From contig CM022667.1 of assembly GCA_012295275.1 (NCBI GenBank), forward strand, positions 17,918,001-17,982,000: DNA of 64,000 nt. The letters are read 5' to 3'. Of this stretch, positions 54,430 through 64,000 are shown piece after piece. Under the pieces are notes generated by a model, which saw nothing but the letters and a program-made list of their open reading frames with translations, was not told the origin of the DNA and searched no databases. The DNA comes from Chrysomallon squamiferum (taxonomy: Eukaryota > Animalia > Mollusca). Position 1 is the first letter of the stretch; each line of letters starts with the position of its first letter. The position numbers and the translations under genes were made by a program.

Positions 54430-55278
54430 TATATGTAAAATAAAAATTATGATACAGTTAGATGATAAATTATATTACTTCACTGAACCTTATTTTACAG
54501 GATTATTATAATCATCATCATGATTGTTATTAAATTTATTCATTGCTGTTACTTTTTTATCGTCATTACATTTGGATCATATAATCAGTCTTCCTCACTG
54601 TGTTCATCCAGCTATTTCCCATTTCAGTGGCTTGTTAAAACTTATCATATATACACTCCTCCAAAACATGGCATTTTTGTTGTCAAATTGTCAAACTGGT
54701 TTATTGTTAAAAAGTCAAGAATACTTATGGAATGATGATTGTGGTTCTTATCTGTGTGTGACTGGAAGATAATGATACTAAACCATGTGTTTTAGCTATC
54801 TTTCAACTGTTATTATTTCGTAACTATTTTTTTATGAATAATGGCATAATCTGTAGTTCTCTTTTGAGACATATATATAACTAATACATAGACAGACAGA
54901 TAACTACAGGTACTCCAAAGTGATTTTCTCTTTGGGAAATATAAGGATGTCTCCCAGCTATAACTGTAGATGTTTTTAATTCTAAATTTAGTGACAAATA
55001 ATTGGAAGTTGTCAGCTAAATATTCCAAAGTAATGATTATTATTTTTTATTTTAATATTTAATTATTCCTGTAAAAGTGTGTTTTCTTCTCACAAACACT
55101 GTGATAAAACATTATACTTCTTTCCAATGACAAGAATTTGTATCATGATGTCGTTAAATAAAAACTGAACCCAGAATGACGTATGATTTTTATTACAGAA
55201 ACAGTGTTAGTACAAACATTTGCCTTCAGGTTAATTCTTTTCTCAAAACATTTGCATATTTGTTAAATCTAACAATGT

Positions 55279-55314
<36 letters not shown>

Positions 55315-56656
55315 TATTGTGTTATACATAGGATAGATTACGAAAAGTGTAGTTTTTATATGCCAAGTTTGTGTAATAATAATAATAATAATTATTATTA
55401 TTAATTGGTACTTGGGCAGTGGGCACTGTTATAAATAATTCTTTATGAACATGTAATAATAAAAATTCTATAATAATATTAAATCCCCTCAAAAGATCCT
55501 TTGTTTACAGATGTTCTATAAGCATGCTGTTACTGTGAAATTAGTTTCTAACAGAAATAATATGTGGGTTTATCTTGCAATCATTATGTCCCTTTGATTT
55601 GATTGTTATTCCAATTTGTTCAAGTCAAAGTCAGAGAAAAATAATATATATATTTAGATGACTATGAATATTTTGATGTATTAATAGGATTCAAAAATCA
55701 TATTTAACATATACTAAAACATTTTTGTCAGAGATAATCAAATAAAAAAATCCACCAAATGAAGAAAAACAAAATCTAAATTATGTTTTAATAAGAATAA
55801 TTGGTAATGGTAGTATAATTTAGTGCTAGTAATATTAAAATTAATAATGAAGTTACAACATCTATGTTTTACTGTAATCTCACTGATTCAAAATAATAAA
55901 GTGTTAGTAATAATTTTAAAAATGAGGCTAATAAAATTAAAACAAAGATCCTACATTACACTTCCATTAATATCAAAAATAAGAAGTAACAAGTTTACTG
56001 ATGATAGAGTACAAGGAAACAACCCTGCAATAAATCAACACATATGTAAACAAATTAATAATTTATATATACATTTGATTCATAATTAAACTGAAAGGGA
56101 TTAATATTTTTTCTTTCTTGTTTATTTATTTGTTCAAATACACGATCACTGGCATAAAAGTGACATTTATCTGATGTATTATACATAATGCAGATCACAA
56201 GAAACTTGAAACAAAAAATATTTTCAATTGGCTACCAATTGTTCAGCAATAACAATTCAAATTATATGAGCACCAACATCATCCATATTTTGACAAACAA
56301 TAATTTATGAAATACTTCCTGGTCTGACAATGTAATTATTGTTTTATTTAAAACAAATTTTTATTCATCAAAACTGCTTAATTAGTAGAAAATTAATTCC
56401 ATAATTACTGTACATATTTAAAAAATAAAAAAATAAATGATACTTACAGATAAAAAATAATAAAAATGTGAAGGAATTACATTAATAACATTTTTTTTAA
56501 AAATCATATCAAGAAAACATTTATGAATTCTCTTCACTGGAAATTAATAAATATTATTTATATTCTGTAAGACCTCTATGGTAATTACTTGTTGGGATTT
56601 CATAATTAAAAATAAACGTCTTGATTTGCGGAATGATTTGTTTGGGAAAATGTTTA

Positions 56657-59026
56657 TTAAGATTGTTGTGCTAGGAAAGTACGAATTCGCTGGAGTAATT
56701 CCTTCTTCACATTATCAGGAACTAAAGCTGAAAACAAAGAATTTTATAAATTATTAATGTGTGTGTGCTCAGCTTGTCAATGATATTCAAAATATTTAGT
56801 TCCTAACCTGTCTTAGTTATATATTACCTTAAAAAATAAAATAAAAGATTCCTTTGTGTTAGAATACTTTTAATTACTTATATTTATAATCGGTTCATGC
56901 TGTCAGCTCTCAAACAACTAAAACAAACCTCTTATTCTGTCATTCATTAATATTAAATTGTACAACAAAACCATTAAATATACATTTTCTCTGTTGTTCA
57001 AAGAAATAAATGAATGAAAGAAATTAGAGATGAAATCAGGTTTACCTCGTCCTTTTGGTGTGATCTCTGAAACAAGGTCATCTACAGTGATGTGTTCTAG
57101 ACCTTTCTGTTGAACAATTTCTGAAATAAAAATAAATAAAAATGAATTAAACATATACTGGTTTGGTGTTTACCTGTGTCTATTGTATTAGGTGTGTGAC
57201 AATACCCCAAATCACACCAAGTAGTTTTTATCCACAGCCTCATTTTTGTTTCAACTGTTAGTTAAGCCTCTAGTAAACAAACATTTCCAAAACTGACTGT
57301 CGTCATTCTATGCATTGTTATTTACAAACCTGATATCATTTTAGCCTCATCAAAATATTTTTCAAAATTGTAATGCTAAATATTCAGATTTTTCTGCCAA
57401 TGTTGTTGCATTTTGTGGTTATAAAAACCATCCCCAATTATACAGAAGATGAGCTGAATATTCTTTCTAACTTATAATGAGTTTATTTTGGGGTTTTTGG
57501 TGATCAGACTTTTCAGTCTTTTCTCATTGAATTTGTTTTTAATGAAGCTTTTGTTGATGATTAATAATCATCCTTTTCACATAAAAATATAGCAGTAACA
57601 AATCAGATCAGGTGTTCTGTTGTTTTACCTTTAAGATAAAAGCTCAAATATAGCAAATTAGGTGACAATTAAATTGCCATAACTTTCTTGTTAATGGTCA
57701 TTAAAAAAAAGGTTCAATATATGTGTATATGTGGGTGTGTCTATATATATCAATACTCTTTTGCTTGTACATATTTACCTTTGCAGTATGCTTTGAGTTC
57801 CTCCCTCCACCCACACTCAATTAGTCGTGTTCTCAGTAGTTCTTTCAATCTGCAGAAAAGAAAAAGATATCTCCTAATTACACCACTGTGGTGTGTCCAC
57901 ACAAACACACATTCACACATTCTGGAAGATTGACATTATCCTTTGTGAAATATGTAATTATGTTACTGCTTTCATTATTGATAATAACATTACTGATTAC
58001 ATCATAATATATCAATAGCAAGATTAATCAATGATCAGAACTGCTTGTTTTATTATTATAATTATTTTTACTAATCTAATGTTAAATTTATTTTATTATA
58101 TATGATTTTGTAAATTAATGTTTCTTTTACCTCTCCCTCTCTCCAGTTTCCACCAATTTTTGATTAATAGTGGCTCTCATTTGAGCATCTTTAATCTTCC
58201 GTTCTTGTAATCTGAAAAACAAAATAAAGTTAACTATTGCCTTTGTAATGTTACAAAACTTTCATACACTTCTGCTTACTCTATATATGTAAAGTAGAAT
58301 ATATAACATAGCCATGTCAGTTTCATTTTCATCAATTACATTAGGAATTGAAAAATTAAATTTACTGAATTTAAAATAGGGAATTATTTAAATTATTGAT
58401 GTAATAATACTCTAGAAGCATGACCAATAGTATTTATGTTACAAAAAAAGCTTCATTCTGTTAAGCTAGCCCAAGCCCTGGGAGGTTGGCAGTCCTCCTG
58501 AAGCCTAAAGGCAGAGTAGGAAGGATGAAACTGCTTTGGTCATACTAATTTGACACATTCATATATCATAAAGAAAGATCTAAAACTCGGTGTGAGTACT
58601 GTCAGGGTACATTTTTATTAGTTCACCAAATTTGGTTGAATGCCGATATTTTGATGATGCAAGAAAGGATATATTTGGTAAATACTCATTTTTTTAAAAG
58701 AAAACTTATTTTTATATTTCGCAAAACATTTACAGCATTTACAATGTGTTTTATAAACCTTTGATATTATTCTCTTTTTTTTTTTTTTTTTTTTTTTTCA
58801 TCTCATTATCAGTCATTTTTATACCTCTGCCTGACATTCAGAATTTTTCTGATTCATTTTATTATTTATTTGTTTATACAGTTTCAGTTAATAATCTCAT
58901 CATTAAAATTCATCCACAAAACAAGCGATTATGATGTATTTATTTAAAGGACTAAGTTATCAATCAATTTATGCATTGTTGTCTGAACTAACTAAAGCAA
59001 CAAAATAAACAAACTTACTCCGCCAT
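56657..59026 (-). CDS. ENY2: Transcription and mRNA export factor ENY2 (SAGA DUB module/TREX-2), 101 aa; exons 59026-59019, 58211-58131, 57849-57779, 57120-57046, 56727-56657
   Basis: Five phase-compatible exons (306 nt) give [101 protein letters not shown]. Confidence 0.97.
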
Positions 59027-61133
59027 ACTTCTTCTTCTGTTCTGATTAAATTCCACCATTTCAGAGCGAGCACTTCTTGAAAAACGGTGTAAGTGTTTAG
59101 TTTAAAGTGTTACATTTAAACATAGTTTATGTCTGTTGAAGGGAAATCATTACTCCTTATAATAATACATGCAGAACAGTAATGAGTACTAACAGATTTT
59201 GAAACGTATTCCATGTTTTTCTTATTACTATTTTGTGTTTCGTTTTTTAGTTTTTTTAACAAATGTTCTTCAACATTTGTTTTTCTGGGAGGGCAATTTT
59301 TAAAGAGTGAGTGTTTCACACAGTTTCAGTTGTAATTAGTTTAGTCCTAAAACAGTGTCACGTGTAATTATAGAGCATGCACTGAAAATACTATGCTGTG
59401 TTATTTGGGGTAACACATTTTTTTTACTGTAAATGCAATACAATTCTTATCCTAAAGACAGCACAGAAAACTAAATCCTTAATCTGATGATAGTAAAGCT
59501 GCCTTTTGGGGTCTTTTCTGACTGATCATCTAAGGCATGTAATTCCACTGTAATTATATATTGCAGTAAAAATTTTGTTTGCCATATATTTATTTACAAA
59601 ACAGAATTTTACATTAAAATACTTGTAAAATTAATGCTGCAAATAGCCTTGAATGGTTTCCAAATTTTCAAAGATTACCAATATTCACCAATATCTTTTC
59701 AAGCTACAGACTGAAGAATGGTATGACAAGAAACAGCACAATCCTCTAGCTCAGAGCAAGGCTGTAAGGTTGAAAGTGCTTGGCTACATAATATTTTGTT
59801 TGATGTCATATGTGTTTAAATGTATAACAGTTCATTTAATTTTGTTTCCTGAAGTTATGATAACTGCAGCATGGTCTAAATTTATTTAAGCTAAAAACAG
59901 TATAACACATGGAATTGCTAAATGGTTTTATTGACTAAATGATTGAGTGATCTTTTGGGTTGAAAACAGCAGATGAAGATTTTTTATTAAAAAAACATTC
60001 ACTGAAAATTTCACAGAGGTAATTTGTAAATAAATTTAAGTGCAAGACTGTATGCAATTTCTTTCCCATCAAATGTTACTATGAAAATTAAATTTAAAAA
60101 TAACATTGTTGCTACTGACAGCCAAAAAAGATGTTCTGTCATTTCATGTTTGAATTGGTAATTACGCTTTTCTTTAGTAAAAATATACTGTAACATGTCT
60201 GAACACCCAAAGAAAGACAAGGTAAGAGTTAAGATAAATTTGGTAATACAGTACAATTTATTTTACTTATTGAGAAATAAATAATAAATTGTTTTTAATA
60301 AATTAATTCAACTTTATATTTGTTTCTGTGAGGTATTTCCTTTGTTTTAAACTGCACAGAAGTTATTAACAAGAGACAGAAATATAGCATTTGTAAGATT
60401 ATACTAAATGATAAGTATAGTGTGAAGAGAAAGATACGTAGTAACAAATTATTTATTGCTTTTAATACATTTTTATACATCTATATATATTTATGTGGTT
60501 TGAACAATGTAAATGAAATATTTTTTTCAAGAAATATATTTTCAAATACAAAGTTAGCATAAATTACTGCAATAAAATACTGTTATATTCATAAGTCATG
60601 TAACTAGTAAAATGAAATAATGTTCTTGTTTTAAAACCAAAATGTTGTCTTTTTCAAAACAGTAATGTGCAGGAAACAAAAATAAATAAAAAATACTGTA
60701 TTATTTGTTGATATGACAGCAATTATCACATTTTAATATAGCATACAGTTAGCTATAAATCATCTAAGATAACCTGGCAATGTCACAAGCTAAAGAACAA
60801 CCAACATATATATCACAGTAACAAACTGCATAAACAGTAACAAAAAGTAAATGTATTATGTAATTTTTTTTTTTTCTTGTTATTCACATTTCAAGTTTTG
60901 AGATAAGTTATATTAAAATGAAACCTCTGCTAAGCAAGAAATGTCTTTTTATATATGTACATATACATAATATATTCTGAAATAATAAAAATAGACACTG
61001 TACTTTATTATAGAACAGTCATTTTTTGTCTGTCTTTTTAAAATTTTATTTCTTATCAATGCAGTTATAAATAAATAAATAACTATAATTTCAAAATATA
61101 TATAAACACATCAGTTAAAATAATATGAAAATG

Positions 61134-63938
61134 TTAAGAGGGTAGAGGACCCAATTCTTTAGGTTTTTCCATTTGTTCTTTAACCAGGTCATCTTCTGGA
61201 TCATTGGTGGGTGGTGGTGGAGCACTGGCCAGATTACTAAGAGGAGACAGAGGCTCCAGACCCTTCCTACTGAGAGGGGGAAGAGCACTCCCTTTCTTAG
61301 AAGCAGGATTTGAAATGTTGAAAGGGTCATCCCTTTTTTCAGCATTGTCTTTAGACTGTTCAGGTGCATCTGAAGAAAAGTTTATTTTTGTTATTCTAAA
61401 TGTCATGCATTCAGCAGAAGAAAAAAAAAGATTTATAATTACTCAAATACTAGCGAACATAGCTCAAAGAAACATAATAATAATTATGCAGACATTTTCT
61501 GTTTTTGTGATTTCAGATTCTGTTCTAATATAGCATTTAAAATTGTGTTAGCCATATATTTATTTTTACAAAATAGAAATTTACAGTATATAAACTTGTA
61601 AAATTAAGGTGAATCAAAGTTTTATTTTTATCCTGTCACAATTCCATATTAATATTAAAATTATATTTTGTCTTTAAAAAGTAAAAAAATGAAAAACAAA
61701 TGCAAGCAATTATCCTAACATCAAGTCTGATTATTTTAAATCTACTAACTAGATTCAGCTTGCTCAGTGTCAGCAGAAGCAGGAGCATGGTTTTGTCTTC
61801 TTGTGGGACTAAACACTGATTCTCTGTCAACATCAGGAGTGGCAGCAATTGTAGCCTCCACAGCTGATGATGTTGCTGGCCGTTGTCCTGTTGCAATTGC
61901 TGGTGCAGCTCCCTCTTTCTTCCAAACAAGGTTCTCACCAACCTGCAGTGCTGGACCCAGTTTAGCAGCCACATCCATTAACTGAAACAAGTAACAACAT
62001 TGTTCTATCTGAACTTTTACTAAAAAAATAGGAAAAGTAATAATAAGCTATGAAAGAGTTAATATTAATGATACAAACCTCTTGATCTATATTGGATGAG
62101 GTAGTTTTCAGTGCTCTCATTTTATTTTCAAACTGTGAAAACTGTTTTGATGCTTGCTTTCTTTCACCTAAGTTGTATAAAAATACTGCATAATTCAATG
62201 AGATGGCAGGATCATTTCTGAAAGTAAAAATAACCACAATTTTAATTCCACAAAATAAAAATAAATTTACAGTCTCAGTCTCAAATGATGATCTTAGTAT
62301 GAATGTTAATGTGTGTATGTAAATATTAATAATAACGAATAAAACAGTGTATATATTTATAGAAGTGTTGATAATTAATTTTATGAATCCTGATTATTTG
62401 TGTTCATTATCCACAGTTCCACTGCAACCAACTGATTAATTATTATCCCAAACACACCACAAACAATAAGCCACAGAAATTCACAAAAGTTAACTAACAA
62501 AAAAAGCCCACAAATATTTTTGGAACATTTAGAATATTGGAAAATCATATGTCTGTAAAGCAATACACAATTAATATATTTTTAAGTGGTACTTACTGAT
62601 CAAGTGTCAAGGCTTGTTCGTAGGCTTGACCTGCATTGTCTGGATCTTCTAAATGAGTAAGAGAAACTGAAAAATAAAAACTTTGTTAAATATTGATGCT
62701 CAAGTTTTATACTGACAATCAATCAATCATACTCAAACTTGAATCTTTTAATATATCATGATATAATTTTTACCTTGAATGAATAATTAATTAGTTAATT
62801 AGTACATTTTTATTTTCTTATTAGCAAAAATGCATTCATGTTATATTATATTATTATTATTATTATTTAAACAATCAGAAAATGTATCAGATTACGAGAT
62901 ATTATTCCATTGTATGAATTACCTTCCTGTTGAAGATAAAATGAACAGAATGATGTTTAACACTTCTCATGATAAATAGCCTAAAAACAATTATAGTTTC
63001 TTTAAATATTTATAAATTATAAATAACACTTTGGTAAATGCACAATATCAGCTTTTACATTGGAACATAAATCAATCTATTGAAAATTAGATAAATTAAA
63101 TTATACTGACTTTAACAAAGCTGTTACAAATTAGCATTAAGGGACAAATTTCTCTATTATAAAACTGACCTGCAAGTAACATGTAGAGCTGAGCCATCTT
63201 TGGTTTGAAGCTGATGGCAGCACTGAGAAAATGGAATGCAGAAGCAAACTGCTGCATAGTTAAATGTACTAGACCCAGGTTATACAGGATTTTCCAGTCA
63301 AAGGGAGCAAGATAAACGGCCCTCTTCAAGCAACTGATTGCCTGAAAATAAAGAGGAAAAGAACACCAAATTTCACTTCATTCAAATGTAAACATGACAA
63401 AATTTATCACAATAATTTATGAATATTCTAATTTTTAAAATTTCTTTTGCTTTTATCACTGAGGGTTTTTGTTTTTTCTAACCAGGGGAGCTGCCTTGTT
63501 TAATTTTTAACTTTTTTTACTTATTAAAACCAATTAGAATAAAAAAAGAAATTTAATAAACATACTGCAACAAATTTCTTCTTGCCAAAGAAGCACATGC
63601 CAATATTGTTCCACAGCTGTGGGCTCTCAGGTGTATTGACTGCAGCAATTCTGTATTTAGTTAGAGCAACATCAAAATCACCATGGCTCTGCATCATACT
63701 TCCAGCAGCCATGATGGCTTTTGTGTGACAGGGGTCAAACGTCATTGCATTACCAAGGTTCTCAAAAGCTTTCTGATACTGTCCAACCTAAAAATAAATA
63801 TGAGGTCTTTTATTACACATATTCTTTATTTTTTAAATCTTGTTAGGTATAAGTTAAAATTTAGTGGATAATATCCTACTCACCTGCATATAAAGTAATC
63901 CTAATGTTGTTAGGAGATCAGGATTTTCTGGCGAAAAA
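61134..63938 (-). CDS. BBS4: Bardet-Biedl syndrome 4 TPR protein, 3' half; exons 63938-63884, 63787-63566, 63341-63170, 62666-62597, 62217-62079, 61981-61750, 61369-61134; continues beyond the window
   Basis: [18 protein letters not shown] / ...[20 protein letters not shown]...[17 protein letters not shown] / [43 protein letters not shown]... / ...[16 protein letters not shown]. Splice sites are canonical and phases consistent. Confidence 0.97.
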
Positions 63939-64000
63939 CTGCAAGTACAAATCACATTACAAATCAGAAACAATTTTGAGATCAGATTTCAAATAAAAGG

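Noticed and set aside
54501-54772. Plus-strand exon-like segment with an 82-aa ORF
   Set aside because: Non-ATG start, no recognisable domain and no linkable coding exons; at most a lncRNA exon.

Overview
AT-rich, microsatellite-rich animal genomic DNA with spliceosomal GT-AG introns. It is probably lophotrochozoan, perhaps a mollusc such as a cephalopod; that is an inference from composition and gene families only. Conserved genes bracket the window: the 3' end of TMEM67/meckelin and a 54-aa STMP1-like microprotein on the left (+), and a complete ENY2 and the 3' half of BBS4 on the right (-). Between them lies a block of lineage-variable genes: (1) an intronless RING-B-box-coiled-coil-NHL TRIM; (2) a short TNF-receptor-like gene with no cytoplasmic domain; (3) a GIY-YIG nuclease-fold domain embedded in long disordered regions, apparently with Gln at the metal-binding Glu position; (4) two convergent PAN/apple-domain genes sharing a 178-bp tract at about 95% identity; (5) an orphan multi-exon gene. 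Non-coding highlights are a 3.6-kb 69-bp satellite arranged as two inverted arms (foldback-like), a GC-rich hairpin whose mismatches are all G-U pairs on one strand, a Tigger/pogo-like MITE and a decayed LINE fragment. Most ORFs in the supplied track are microsatellite or intron artefacts. Exon models were built by eye, and homology calls are from recalled sequences, not database searches.
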